DNA of 63,837 nt, counting the filler. It is 6 parts of 6 records of this genome, joined end to end, with 100 filler letters (N's around TTAATTAATTAA, not from the genome) between each part and the next. Parts side by side here need not be neighbours in the genome. Positions count along the whole stretch, not along the records: positions 42,605 to 56,964 come from SRR2962707_1981; 5 more parts are not named here. One strand, written 5' to 3'. Within the stretch, counting starts at the first letter, position 1. Every line of letters begins with the position of its first letter. Positions 43,023-53,236 of this stretch are shown here, piece after piece. Made by a program: the position numbers and the translations under genes. The notes under the pieces were generated by a model that was not told where the DNA came from, did no database searches, and saw only the letters and a program-made list of their open reading frames with translations.

Positions 43023-43852
43023 GCGGTAACCGAATTCCATTGGCCGGGGTGATCGGCTCTCCCATTGCGCATTCCAAATCGCCACGTTTGCACGGGCATT
43101 GGCTAAAAACCATGGGCATCCGCGGGCATTATGTGCCGATGGACATTGCCTCTGACAAGCTTGAGTCCGCGCTTCGAATGCTGCCAGATCTTGGATTTGT
43201 GGGTTTGAATGTCACCATCCCTTACAAAGAAAGGGTTATGGAGATTGCTGATCTGGTTACTGATCGGGCAACATTGATCGGTGCTGCGAACACCTTGATC
43301 TTTCGTCCGGATGGTCGAATCCATGCAGACAATACAGACGGCTATGGGTTCATTGAGAACATTCGTCAGACCATTCCAGACTGGCAGCCTTCTGAGGGAC
43401 CGGCTGTGGTGCTTGGGGCCGGCGGTGCCTCACGTGCCGTGATCGTTTCCTTGATTGATGCAGGTGTGCCGCAAATCTTGATCTCCAACAGAACCAAACT
43501 GCGGGCTGAGCGTCTTCGTGAAGAATTTGGTGGTCGCATCCATGTGGTCGATTGGGTTCAAATCGGCAACTACTTAGAAGAGGCGACGACTGTCGTGAAC
43601 ACGACCTCGCTCGGCATGGTTGGCAAACCAGAGTTGCGTGTGCCGCTTGATGGGCTGCGTCCCGGAACTGTTGTCAGTGATTTGGTCTATACACCCGTTA
43701 TGACTCCGTTCTTGCAGACAGCCCAGGAAAATGGCTGCCGCATTGTGGATGGGGTTGGCATGTTACTACACCAAGCTGTTCCCGGGTTTGAACGCTGGTT
43801 TGGGACGCGCCCGGAAGTGACGACAAAGCTGCGGGATGTAGTTTTGAGATGA
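43019..43852 (+). CDS. aroE: Shikimate dehydrogenase
   Basis: Motifs HSKSPRLH, NVTIPYKE, NTDGYGF, LGAGGASRA and MLLHQA. Confidence 0.96.
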   Translation: MSGNRIPLAGVIGSPIAHSKSPRLHGHWLKTMGIRGHYVPMDIASDKLESALRMLPDLGFVGLNVTIPYKERVMEIADLVTDRATLIGAANTLIFRPDGRIHADNTDGYGFIENIRQTIPDWQPSEGPAVVLGAGGASRAVIVSLIDAGVPQILISNRTKLRAERLREEFGGRIHVVDWVQIGNYLEEATTVVNTTSLGMVGKPELRVPLDGLRPGTVVSDLVYTPVMTPFLQTAQENGCRIVDGVGMLLHQAVPGFERWFGTRPEVTTKLRDVVLR

Positions 43853-44442
43853 GCTTCAAACTGGGCCTCACTGGATCCATAGGAATGGGTAAATCCACGA
43901 CGGCCAAAATGTTCGCAGACTTGGGTTGCGCCGTGTGGGATGCTGATGCCGCTGTTCATCGTTTGTATGGCGTTGGTGGCGCGGCGGTTCCGTTGTTCGA
44001 AGCGCAATTTCCAGAAGTGGTTGTTGATGGCCAGATCTCCCGGGCGGCCTTGCGTAGCTTGATCCAAAACGATCCTGCTGTTCTTGGAAAAATCGAACAG
44101 ATTGTCCATCCCTTGGTTAAATCCGACCGCGAAGCGTTTGTTGCTTTGGCGGACTCGGACATTCTGGTTTTTGACATTCCATTGCTGTTCGAAACCAGCG
44201 GAAATTCCGAGATGGACGCCGTCGTATGTGTCACTGTTTCACCTGAACTTCAGGAAAAACGTGTTCTTGACCGGGGCACGATGAGCCGTCAGCAATTTGT
44301 ACAAATCCGGGCAAAACAAATGCCGAACTCGGAAAAAGTGGCCCGCTCTGACTATACTATCGAGACCACCACGCTAGAGTCTGCGCGTGCGCAGGCGGAA
44401 GAAATCGTAGCTCAAATAAAAAGGCGTTTGGCCCATGCGTGA
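43849..44442 (+). CDS. coaE: Dephospho-CoA kinase
   Basis: Motifs GLTGSIGMGKST, IVHPLV and DIPLLFE. Confidence 0.96.
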   Translation: MSFKLGLTGSIGMGKSTTAKMFADLGCAVWDADAAVHRLYGVGGAAVPLFEAQFPEVVVDGQISRAALRSLIQNDPAVLGKIEQIVHPLVKSDREAFVALADSDILVFDIPLLFETSGNSEMDAVVCVTVSPELQEKRVLDRGTMSRQQFVQIRAKQMPNSEKVARSDYTIETTTLESARAQAEEIVAQIKRRLAHA

Positions 44443-45166
44443 AATCGTTCTTGATACTGAAACCACCGGGTTCGACCCGGAGCAAGGGGACCGGATTGTC
44501 GAGATCGGGGCGCTGGAACTGTATAACCACATGCCAACGGGCAAGACGTTTCACGAATATATAAATCCTGAACGGTCAATGCCGGCTGAGGCTTTTCAGG
44601 TGCATGGCATTGGGCCCGACTTGTTAGAGCCCCCACAACCGCCTGCTGCTGGTGCTGTGCTTCTGCGTGACAAACCTGTGTTTGCCAAGATCGGTGCCAA
44701 GTTCCTTGATTTCGTTGGGGATGCCAAATTGGTCATCCACAACGCGGCCTTCGACATGAAGTTCCTGAATGCAGAGCTTCGCTGGCTCGGGTTGAGAGAG
44801 CTTCCTTGGGAACAGGCCTTAGACACATTGGCGATTGCCCGGCGGAAATTTCCGGGATCTCCGGCGTCACTCGACGCGCTGTGCCGTAGGTTTGGAATCG
44901 ACAATACGTCCCGTACGCTTCACGGGGCCTTGCTCGACTCTGAGATTTTGGCAGAGGTTTATCTTGAGCTGATAGGTGGTAAGCAACCTGATTTTGGTCT
45001 TTCGTCCAACCCAGATACAGGGAAATCCGAAAGTTCGACCATGGAACATTGGCGGCCTGAAAAACGCCCTACCCCGCTTGGTTCGCGGATTACAGACGTA
45101 GAAAAGGCGGCACATGCCGCCTTTGTCGAGAAGCTTGGTGATAACGCCTTATGGCGCAAATCCTGA
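44435..45166 (+). CDS. dnaQ: DNA polymerase III epsilon subunit
   Basis: Motifs LDTETTG, HNAAFD and HGALLDSEILAEVY. Confidence 0.96.
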   Translation: MREIVLDTETTGFDPEQGDRIVEIGALELYNHMPTGKTFHEYINPERSMPAEAFQVHGIGPDLLEPPQPPAAGAVLLRDKPVFAKIGAKFLDFVGDAKLVIHNAAFDMKFLNAELRWLGLRELPWEQALDTLAIARRKFPGSPASLDALCRRFGIDNTSRTLHGALLDSEILAEVYLELIGGKQPDFGLSSNPDTGKSESSTMEHWRPEKRPTPLGSRITDVEKAAHAAFVEKLGDNALWRKS

Positions 45167-45170
45167 CGGA

Positions 45171-45683
45171 TTAAGCGTCTGCTTTTGGAGCAGCTGTAGC
45201 TTCGGCTGCCTGACGGCGGGCCAACTCGTTGCGATACAGCGCGAGGAAATCGATCATTTCCAAGTTGAGTGGAGGGAAACCACCATCGCGTGTGACGTCG
45301 GAAACGATGCGGCGCACGAAAGGGAAGATCATGCGAGGGCATTCGATCAACAGGTACGGATGCATTTGCTCTTCTGGAACGCCTTCGATGTTGAAAACAC
45401 CGGCGTAGTCCAGTTCCATCAGGAACAGATGGTCGCCAGTTGCCTTAGCTTTAGATTCAACCTTCAGCTTGATGACCACTTCGTACTGGTTTTCAACAGT
45501 GCGCTTCTTCGCATCCAGATTCACCTGAACTTGAACGTCTGGCTGAACATCACCTGACGCACCCTTTTGCGACAGAATATTTTCAAACGACATGTCCCGA
45601 ATGAATTGCGCCAAAACATTCATTTTGACTTGTGGTGGTTGTGTAGCACCGTTTGGTGCTGCGGCAGTTTCGTTCTCGGCCAT
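45171..45683 (-). CDS. secB: Protein export chaperone SecB
   Basis: Motifs QFIRDMSFEN, IECPRMIFPFVR and GGFPPL. Confidence 0.96.
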   Translation of the reverse strand: MAENETAAAPNGATQPPQVKMNVLAQFIRDMSFENILSQKGASGDVQPDVQVQVNLDAKKRTVENQYEVVIKLKVESKAKATGDHLFLMELDYAGVFNIEGVPEEQMHPYLLIECPRMIFPFVRRIVSDVTRDGGFPPLNLEMIDFLALYRNELARRQAAEATAAPKADA

Positions 45684-45747
45684 GAAGCTCTCTCCCATGG
45701 GTTAATTGTAACTTGAGGCAAGGCATTAGCAGGTTGCGCTTACAGCC

Positions 45748-46242
45748 TCAATGCTTGGTCCATTCAGAAGGGGGATGAGTTGGCGTCTTTGTCGGGTCTA
45801 CCTCATGAAATTCACCGTCAATCACGTTTTCCGGCTGGCTTTGACGCCCGGGACGAGACTGTCGCGGGCCACCTGCCCCCATTTCGAAATTCTGAACTGT
45901 GATACGCTTACGCATGTACGCGAAAACAGCGCTTCGAATTGGTGGCATCAGCAGGGCAAAACCTATTGCGTCCGTGAAAAATCCGGGCGTGAGGAGCAAG
46001 GCCCCTGCGATGAGGATCATTGCCCCGTGCGCCAAAGGTTCTGTCGGATCATCTAATCTGGAGAATGACCCCCGCAGGTTGTTCAGCGCCAGATTTCCTT
46101 GGCTCTTAACAAGCCACGTTCCAACAACGGCGGTAATGATAACAATCGCCAAGGTTGGCCATAGGCCGATTATGCCGCCAACTTGGACGAACAAAGCAAT
46201 CTCGATCAGCGGGATTCCAAGAAATAGAATAAACAACCACAT
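45748..46242 (-). CDS. fxsA: FxsA family membrane protein
   Basis: MWLFILFLGIPLIEIALF...GALLLTPGFFTDAIG. Confidence 0.93.
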   Translation of the reverse strand: MWLFILFLGIPLIEIALFVQVGGIIGLWPTLAIVIITAVVGTWLVKSQGNLALNNLRGSFSRLDDPTEPLAHGAMILIAGALLLTPGFFTDAIGFALLMPPIRSAVFAYMRKRITVQNFEMGAGGPRQSRPGRQSQPENVIDGEFHEVDPTKTPTHPPSEWTKH

Positions 46243-46343
46243 TGTAGGTCTCCTTTTGGGGCCATTTAGTGGACTTGCCCCTAGTGAACACCTACATAGG
46301 GAAGGAACACGCATGTTTCCAAGTGCGCCGACAAGAGGTTTTG

Positions 46344-47003
46344 ATGAATTCGCCCATTATTCAACTATTGGTGCTCGCAGGCATCGCTGTTTTCCTGATC
46401 CTACGCCTGAAAAACGTTTTGGGTACACGAGAAGGATACGAAAAGCCGAAATCTGCTGAAGCGCCTGAACGCAATAGTACCCGCCCTGATCTCGAAGTCA
46501 TTGAAGGCGGGCCAGACCATGACATTATTGACCACGTTGATGAAGGCAGTGATGCAGCTGCTGCGCTCGCCAAGATGAAACGGGTTGAACCTTCGTTCTC
46601 AGTTGGGGAATTTCTGGGCGGTGCTCGCGGCGCTTACGAGATGATCCTGATGGGTTTCGAAAAGGGCGATTTGGCCTCGATCAAGCCATTCTTGGATGAA
46701 GATGTCTATGAGTCATTTGCTGAGGTGATCAACGATCGTGAAGCCAAAGGTTTGACGATTGAAGCGGAATTCATCGGTGTTCGAGAGTTAGCATTGGCTG
46801 ACGCGACATTCGATGAATCAGAAGCCCTGGCAGAAGTTTCGGTCAAATACGTTGGTGAGTTGACATCGGCAGTTCGTGATCGCTCAGGCGACATCATCGA
46901 AGGCAGCCTCACTCAAATCAAACGTCAGAAGGACGTCTGGACGTTCGCCCGCAAAATGGGCACCGATGACCCCAACTGGCACCTCGTAGCCACGGGCGAA
47001 TGA
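46344..47003 (+). CDS. Tim44/TimA family putative adaptor protein
   Basis: N-terminal TM then LKNVLGTREG; FLGGARGAYEMI; DVWTFAR..DPNW; conserved secB-fxsA-tim44-mltA context. Confidence 0.9.
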   Translation: MNSPIIQLLVLAGIAVFLILRLKNVLGTREGYEKPKSAEAPERNSTRPDLEVIEGGPDHDIIDHVDEGSDAAAALAKMKRVEPSFSVGEFLGGARGAYEMILMGFEKGDLASIKPFLDEDVYESFAEVINDREAKGLTIEAEFIGVRELALADATFDESEALAEVSVKYVGELTSAVRDRSGDIIEGSLTQIKRQKDVWTFARKMGTDDPNWHLVATGE

Positions 47004-48040
47004 AACCAACGCTTTGGGCGCTGACACTACTAGGATTGCTTATGACGGGGTCGGAGTCTCAGGCCAATACAGGGCCGACAATATCCGTTCTCGACTTTAA
47101 GGATCTGGACGGTTGGGAAAGCGATAACCAAGACGAAGCGCTTCACGTGTTCCGTAATACGTGTTCGGACCTTAAGGATAGCGACTGGGCATCTTTGTGT
47201 GCAGTTGCTCAAAACCAATCCAATGGTCGCCAGTTTTTTGAGTTATTCTTTCGACCTGTTTTGGTATCTGATGGGCAAGACGCGTTGTTTACGGGGTATT
47301 TTGAGCCCGAACTGGATGGGTCGAGGGTACGAACCTCTCGTTACCGATATCCTGTTTATAAACTCCCCCGGGAAGCAAGAGATGGCGTCTGGATCAGTCG
47401 CAGAGAGATCCTTAGCACTGACGTCATGCAAGGTCGTGGGTTAGAGATTGCTTGGGTCGATGACCCGGTTGAGCTCTTTTTTCTACAAATTCAGGGATCT
47501 GGCCGAATTCGCCTCGAAGACGGCTCGTTCCTTCGGGTCGGCTATGGTGGCAAAAATGGCCACAAATACCGGTCTGTCGGACAGGAATTGGTGCGCCGGG
47601 GCATTTACAAGCCGCATCAGGTCTCGGCTCAAGTGATTAAGAACTGGGTAAGACGCAATCCGATTGCTGGCCAGGAACTACTGTTTCACAACCCCTCCTA
47701 CGTTTTTTTCCGGGAAGTGAGCCAAGTGCCTGCGCACAAAGGGCCATTGGGTGCGATGAACAGATCCATCACAACCTTGCGCTCTCTCGCGGTTGATCCG
47801 GTTTACACGCCGTTGGGAGCACCCGTTTGGCTCGAAAAGGACGGGGCCAATCCCTTGCGCCGTTTGATGGTGGCTCAGGATACTGGCTCCGCCATCAAAG
47901 GTGCTCAGCGGGCCGATGTCTTCATGGGAACCGGAGATGAGGCGGGAAGGATCGCCGGCCGGATGAAAGATCCGGGCCGAATGATCGTTCTAATGCCCAT
48001 CCAAAGGGCCTATGCCATGCTGTCGGAAGATGACCAATGA
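47000..48040 (+). CDS. mltA: Membrane-bound lytic murein transglycosylase A
   Basis: Motifs FTGYFEP, FFLQIQGSG, NPSYVFF and AQDTGSAIKG..RADVF (3D domain). Confidence 0.95.
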   Translation: MKPTLWALTLLGLLMTGSESQANTGPTISVLDFKDLDGWESDNQDEALHVFRNTCSDLKDSDWASLCAVAQNQSNGRQFFELFFRPVLVSDGQDALFTGYFEPELDGSRVRTSRYRYPVYKLPREARDGVWISRREILSTDVMQGRGLEIAWVDDPVELFFLQIQGSGRIRLEDGSFLRVGYGGKNGHKYRSVGQELVRRGIYKPHQVSAQVIKNWVRRNPIAGQELLFHNPSYVFFREVSQVPAHKGPLGAMNRSITTLRSLAVDPVYTPLGAPVWLEKDGANPLRRLMVAQDTGSAIKGAQRADVFMGTGDEAGRIAGRMKDPGRMIVLMPIQRAYAMLSEDDQ

Positions 48041-48636
48041 ACCGACGGAAAATTCGCCCGGAAGAGCTTGAGCTTTGGCAGCAAGTCGCACGCACCACTG
48101 AAAAAATAAGTAATCGGGATCGGTTTGCACCGGTCGCGGATGTTGCGCCTACTGAACCAAAGCCCGCGGCACCCCTGCCCGCTCCTTCGCCTTTGCCCAA
48201 ATTCGCTTTTGGACAAAAGAAGCGGCCAGAACGACCACTGACAGCGTCTTTGCCCTTAGGTGTTTCCGAAAAACTGGCGCGCGAACCTGTTCAGATGGAC
48301 AACAAAGCGTTCGGCCGCCTGAAGCGTGGCAAGCTCGCCCCCGAGGCGCGCATGGATTTGCACGGTATGACGTTGGATCAAGCGCATCCGGCGTTAACGC
48401 GTTTTATTGCAACCTCTTTGGCGCGAAATTTGCGGTTGGTTTTGGTCATTACGGGCAAGGGACAGCGCGATGATCCCCATGATCCGATGCCCATGCGGCG
48501 CGGGGTTTTGAAACGGCAGGTTCCGCTCTGGCTCAAGATGCCGCCAATAGGACATGGCGTTCTTCAAGTCTCAGAAGCTCATATCAAACATGGCGGTGGC
48601 GGTGCCTATTACGTGTATTTGCGTCGGCAACGTTAA
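48037..48636 (+). CDS. Smr/MutS2 family protein
   Basis: Motifs MDLHGMT, LVITGKG and HGGGGAYYVYLRR. Confidence 0.93.
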   Translation: MNRRKIRPEELELWQQVARTTEKISNRDRFAPVADVAPTEPKPAAPLPAPSPLPKFAFGQKKRPERPLTASLPLGVSEKLAREPVQMDNKAFGRLKRGKLAPEARMDLHGMTLDQAHPALTRFIATSLARNLRLVLVITGKGQRDDPHDPMPMRRGVLKRQVPLWLKMPPIGHGVLQVSEAHIKHGGGGAYYVYLRRQR

Positions 48637-49850
48637 CCGTTGATGCGTCCGCGCGCCTTTGCGATGCCAAAGGCCATCATGAGCGATGCACAGATGAAAT
48701 ACACCGCCACCCAAAAATACTGTGTTTCAATGCCCACACCGGCGTCGATCAAGTAGCCAGTCACTCCCGGGCCAATCGCGCTGCCCAATACCATGACAGC
48801 AGTTGCCATTGCTTTGATGGAACCCAGATTACGCGTCCCGTAAAACTCTGCCCAGAAAGCATTTGGCACCGTCGCATTCATGCCGTTCGTGAGCGCCATG
48901 AACATCAGACCAATGAAAGCAACGCTCAGGCTTTGAGCCTGTGCAAACAGGACAAACCCAATCGCTGTGGGGACGAGGAACCACGGCAACACGCGGGGTG
49001 TTCCGAACTTATCCAACGCCCAGCCAGAAAACACCAGCGAGACAACGACCGACAGAGTGTAAAACGGGAACAAGGCGACAAGATCAAAGTGGTCCCAACC
49101 TTTGACACCCGCATAATGCACTTGTTGGAAAAAGAACGCTGTATTGAAAGCTGATGGTCCCAGCAAGGCGGGCACCATTAGCCAAAAAAGCCAATGTCTT
49201 AGAGTTTCGTTTCTTGTCCAGTTTCGCTTGTCCATTCCCAAAGAGTGATCTTCTTTTGCCAGACTCTGTGGTGTTCGCTCGGTCCGCAGCAACAAGCGCA
49301 GCACCGGTATTCCTGACAGAACGGCCACTGCGGAAAGGATCCAGATGACGTGCCAATCGATAACCAGCATCAAGGCTACGAACAGGACAGGTAGCAGGGC
49401 TTCGCCCAAGGAAAATCCCAGAGATGCAACGGACAGGGCCTTACCTCTTGTTGCAACAAACCACCGGGAAATCGAAACAACCGCGATGTGACTGGTCATA
49501 CCCTGACCGGCAAAGCGAAGGGCAAATATCACAACTGGCAACAACCATGCCACGGGATTAAGCGCCATGAACAAACAAGCGCCGGCCAGCCCGACTAAAA
49601 CTGCTGAGCCGAGAACACGGGTTCTGTGAGAATCCGTTAATCCGCCAGCCCAAACCATAACAATGGCCGACACTGTGGTGCCCAATGTATAAATTCCGCC
49701 CCACGCCGAATGGCTCAGGCCGAACTCAGCCCGAATTTCCCCAGAAAATACCGAGATAACGAAGGTTTGCCCAAAGCTGGACAGAAATGTAAGCAACACG
49801 CCGGCGGTGAGCCAAGGCGTGTTCTCGCGCAGGAACGAAAAATTTGGCAT
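48633..49850 (-). CDS. MFS transporter
   Basis: About 12 TM segments; motifs SSFGQTF, RWFVATRGKA and WAEFYGTRNLGSIK. Confidence 0.9.
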   Translation of the reverse strand: MPNFSFLRENTPWLTAGVLLTFLSSFGQTFVISVFSGEIRAEFGLSHSAWGGIYTLGTTVSAIVMVWAGGLTDSHRTRVLGSAVLVGLAGACLFMALNPVAWLLPVVIFALRFAGQGMTSHIAVVSISRWFVATRGKALSVASLGFSLGEALLPVLFVALMLVIDWHVIWILSAVAVLSGIPVLRLLLRTERTPQSLAKEDHSLGMDKRNWTRNETLRHWLFWLMVPALLGPSAFNTAFFFQQVHYAGVKGWDHFDLVALFPFYTLSVVVSLVFSGWALDKFGTPRVLPWFLVPTAIGFVLFAQAQSLSVAFIGLMFMALTNGMNATVPNAFWAEFYGTRNLGSIKAMATAVMVLGSAIGPGVTGYLIDAGVGIETQYFWVAVYFICASLMMAFGIAKARGRING

Positions 49851-49924
49851 ACCAAACCATTGTCCTCTCTGTCTAAGAGAGACAAGCGCAATTTATCTTA
49901 TTGATCGTATTTTTCGCAGAGACG

Positions 49925-50443
49925 CTATGGATTGAAAATCGCTGCGGCATAGTGCTCTAAATATATCAAAAGCCAGGGCGTAAACTTTTCTGGTTCTTCG
50001 CCGACCTGAGCGACCAAATCGGGGAAAGACACCCAAGCAATATCCATAACTTCTGAGGCATTTGGGGTGACCTCCAAGCTGTTCGACGCATGCGCTACAA
50101 AAATGTCGACAACTTCATGCTCTATCATTCCGCCACCAACATCGGCTCGGTACTCGACCTGATTTCGGTATTCTGGAACCAACCCCGTGATACCCAACTC
50201 TTGCTCCAACCGACGGTTGGCGCATGTCACGCTGTCTTCGTCCCAATGAGGATGTGTACAACAGGTATTCGCCCACAGACCCGGCGTATGATATTTCTCT
50301 AACGCTCTCCGCTGGATGAGGATTTTTCCGTCACAGAGAACGAAAACCGACACAGCTTTGTGGCGGAGTCCATCCAAATGGGTTTGGAGCTTATCAAATG
50401 GCTGAAGCACGCCATCCATCCAGGCAGGGATCATATCAGACAT
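49925..50443 (-). CDS. idi: Isopentenyl-diphosphate delta-isomerase type 1
   Basis: MIPAW..DKL..H..GLRHKAVSVF, WANTCCTHP, RRLEQELG and IEHEVV; start set at MSDMIPAW. Confidence 0.95.
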   Translation of the reverse strand: MSDMIPAWMDGVLQPFDKLQTHLDGLRHKAVSVFVLCDGKILIQRRALEKYHTPGLWANTCCTHPHWDEDSVTCANRRLEQELGITGLVPEYRNQVEYRADVGGGMIEHEVVDIFVAHASNSLEVTPNASEVMDIAWVSFPDLVAQVGEEPEKFTPWLLIYLEHYAAAIFNP

Positions 50444-50661
50444 CAAACGCCACCGAACACTTGTTTTTCTGATTGCTATTTGTGGCCAACGGCGGCTCAC
50501 GTCAATGCAGCGGGACATGTTTTAAGGTTTTGGGTTGTTTTCAACATAAAGTCAGCTTGGTGCATACGATTGGTCGCAGGTATCGGCTCCGAAAATCTGT
50601 TGTTGGGTGTTGTGTTGATAAGATAGGTTTGGCTTCGGAAACGTGCATTAGGAGTTCTCAC

Positions 50662-51075
50662 ATGAAACTGACTATCGCGATAGCTTTTGTCGCTGCAGGC
50701 CTATCAAGCGCAGCCTATGCGCAAGGTGATGTTGCCAAGGGCGAGAAGACTTTCAAGAAATGCAAAGCCTGTCACGCCATTGTGGCGACAGATGGAACGA
50801 AGATCGTCAAAGGCGGCCGGACTGGTCCTAACCTTTACGGTATCATTGGCCAGGCTGCTGGGACCGTAGAAGGTTTCAAATACGGCGCTGACCTTGTTGC
50901 AGCCGGTGCCGCAGGACTTGTCTGGGACGAAGAAAGCTTCGTCTCTTATGTTCAGGATCCAAAGGCCTTTCTGGCAGCAAATCTGGACAAAGCCAGTGCG
51001 CGTTCAAAAATGTCATTCCGTCTCAAGAACGGCATGGAAGACGTTTACGCCTATCTGGTGAGCGTTGCTGAGTAA
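50662..51075 (+). CDS. cycA: Cytochrome c2/c550 with signal peptide
   Basis: AGGAG Shine-Dalgarno, signal peptide, CKACH heme motif, TGPNLYG and SKM axial Met. The cycA symbol is by family resemblance. Confidence 0.88.
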   Translation: MKLTIAIAFVAAGLSSAAYAQGDVAKGEKTFKKCKACHAIVATDGTKIVKGGRTGPNLYGIIGQAAGTVEGFKYGADLVAAGAAGLVWDEESFVSYVQDPKAFLAANLDKASARSKMSFRLKNGMEDVYAYLVSVAE

Positions 51076-51097
51076 CTCGGCTTCTCAAAAACCTAAC

Positions 51098-51128
51098 AAA
51101 AAGGGCGTGCTTATTGGCACGCCCTTTT
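51098..51128. terminator. Bidirectional rho-independent terminator between cytochrome c2 and wza
   Basis: Hairpin aaaagggcgtgc-ttattg-gcacgccctttt. Confidence 0.9.
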
Positions 51129-51144
51129 CATTTAAACTTCGCAG

Positions 51145-52278
51145 TTAGTTTGCGAGATTGGCTACTTGGTTAGATACGCCAACTGTAGATCCAACCAATC
51201 CAAGAATGGTCCGAGCTTTTGTAATTGGGGATTCTGTAGCCAGAACTGTGTCGCCGGGGTTGATCTCAAACTTTCTGGCGGCAAAAAGCCCGTCAGCTGT
51301 TGTCAGATTCAACGTAAAGACGACTTGTGTCATGGAGGGACCGTGCTCGGCTATAGTCGATACCTGCTTGGGAGAATACTCGCGAAGTACAAGCACACCT
51401 TTCGGGTCAGCGCGCGCATCAGACAAACCGCCCATCAAAGACATTGCTTCCAGCGCAGTTACTTTTTCCTTCGGGAAATAGATCAAGTTTTCGATGCCCG
51501 AAGCACCAAGCGCTGTAAAGTTCCGCTTGTCTTCCTCAACGATGACTTTGTCTCCGCCACGCAGGGTGGTGTCTTTCCTACCAGAGGCCAACAGTGTGTC
51601 GGATCGAACCTCGAACGTTTTGTTATCCCGAATCAAGCGAACCAACGGATTTCGAAGCGTGTTTGAGATGCCTCCACCCGCAGAAATTAGGCTTAGAATT
51701 GAATAATTCCGATTGGGAAGCGGGTAGGTGCCTGGCCGGTTCACGCCGCTTACCAAGTCAGCGGAATTCCTAATGCCTTGGGTCACAGTTAGTTGGACCT
51801 GAGCAGACGGGACAATTGGTTCTAGTTTTTCTTGAATGCGCGACCGAGCAACGGCGGCCGAGACTCCGCGAATATACACCTCGTCGACGTAAGGAACGAA
51901 AATTGATCCGGTTTCGTTCACTTCTAACGCATTTAGCGAGACAACTTTTGCGTTCACACTTGTCAGCAAGGAGTTTGGCTGACTGTCCCAAATCGTCAAA
52001 TTGATCAAATCCCCTGAGCGGATCAGAGAAGATCTTGAACCAGCGCTCGCGTCGATCCATTGGAAATTTGGGCTGTTGCCTGTCTTGGGCCATTTTGAGA
52101 CATCGGAAAGGGAAGCTCGTGTGACTTCGACAACGTCAAAAGTTTTCACGTCACTTTCGGCTTCTTTCAAAATTTCCGATTGTATTGCGGCGCCCCTTGG
52201 CAGGCTGCAAGCAGCCAATACCAAACACATCACCAGCATCTTCATTATCGGCCGTGTTGGGCCCAAAGCTCTTCTCAC
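51145..52278 (-). CDS. wza: Polysaccharide export outer-membrane lipoprotein (Wza-like)
   Basis: Lipobox LAAC; polysaccharide export motif GDLINLTIWD...GSIFVPYV; SLBB-like repeats. Confidence 0.88.
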   Translation of the reverse strand: MRRALGPTRPIMKMLVMCLVLAACSLPRGAAIQSEILKEAESDVKTFDVVEVTRASLSDVSKWPKTGNSPNFQWIDASAGSRSSLIRSGDLINLTIWDSQPNSLLTSVNAKVVSLNALEVNETGSIFVPYVDEVYIRGVSAAVARSRIQEKLEPIVPSAQVQLTVTQGIRNSADLVSGVNRPGTYPLPNRNYSILSLISAGGGISNTLRNPLVRLIRDNKTFEVRSDTLLASGRKDTTLRGGDKVIVEEDKRNFTALGASGIENLIYFPKEKVTALEAMSLMGGLSDARADPKGVLVLREYSPKQVSTIAEHGPSMTQVVFTLNLTTADGLFAARKFEINPGDTVLATESPITKARTILGLVGSTVGVSNQVANLAN

Positions 52279-52393
52279 AACGCACTCCCTGGCAATCGCG
52301 ATACTTGTATTTCGCCTATGTCATGTCACAACCTTAGTCTAAGCAGCAAGAGTATTGTTAACACTACCAAAAAGCGTGGCGAGAATACCCCAG

Positions 52394-53236
52394 ATGAAAA
52401 AAATCGTAATCTTAGGTGCGAGCGGAAAAGTTGGGCGAATGGTTGTCGAATCTATTCCAGACTCGTTTTCAAAAGTTATTGAAATAAAAAAGGTTTTTCG
52501 CAAAGAAAGCTCTGATGAAGATTCACTGATCTGGGCTCCGGGACAGCCGATGCCAAGTCATTTAAGGGCGGATGCGATTGTTGCTCTTTGGGGTGTAACA
52601 CCGGGTCAAGATAAAAATTTGGATGAAAATTCCAGCCTTGCGGTCGAGGCGATCGCCCTTGCAAAGCACGTAGGCGCAGATCGCGTTTTACATTGCTCTT
52701 CTGCGGCAGTGTATGAACCTGAACTGTCCTATTTATCTGAGAGTACTATTCCAAAACCCAGCGCCGCTTATGGGGCGGCCAAAGTTGCCATGGAAGAAGC
52801 CATACAAACAGTCTCCCATGAGGAAACACCAGTCTCGGTGTGTCTGCGGATCGGCAATGTCGCGGGGGCAGACAGTCTTTTCGCGTCGATCATGAGAGGC
52901 CAGAACATCAATCTTGATCAATTTCCAGATGGCACGGGACCAGAGCGAAGCTATATCTCGCCGTCAGACCTTGGTCGGGTGATTAGTGCTTTGGTCCTTG
53001 CCGGACTTGATGAGCTACCGAAAGTGGTGAATGTGTCAGCACCCATAGCCACTGAGATGGAGGCAATTGCGCGCGAAGCGGGATGTGTTGTGAACTGGCA
53101 ATCTGCGCCGAAAACCGCCCACAAACGCGTCGCTCTTGACACAACACGTTTGAATAGTGTCATTGCGCTGGGTCCTGAAGCTGCTGACGCAAGTTGGTTA
53201 GTGAGGGATTGGAGAGCTAGGGATAAAAACGCATGA
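52394..53236 (+). CDS. NAD-dependent epimerase/dehydratase family protein
   Basis: Motifs GASGKVG, SSAAVY, YGAAK and LRIGNVAG. Confidence 0.88.
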   Translation: MKKIVILGASGKVGRMVVESIPDSFSKVIEIKKVFRKESSDEDSLIWAPGQPMPSHLRADAIVALWGVTPGQDKNLDENSSLAVEAIALAKHVGADRVLHCSSAAVYEPELSYLSESTIPKPSAAYGAAKVAMEEAIQTVSHEETPVSVCLRIGNVAGADSLFASIMRGQNINLDQFPDGTGPERSYISPSDLGRVISALVLAGLDELPKVVNVSAPIATEMEAIAREAGCVVNWQSAPKTAHKRVALDTTRLNSVIALGPEAADASWLVRDWRARDKNA

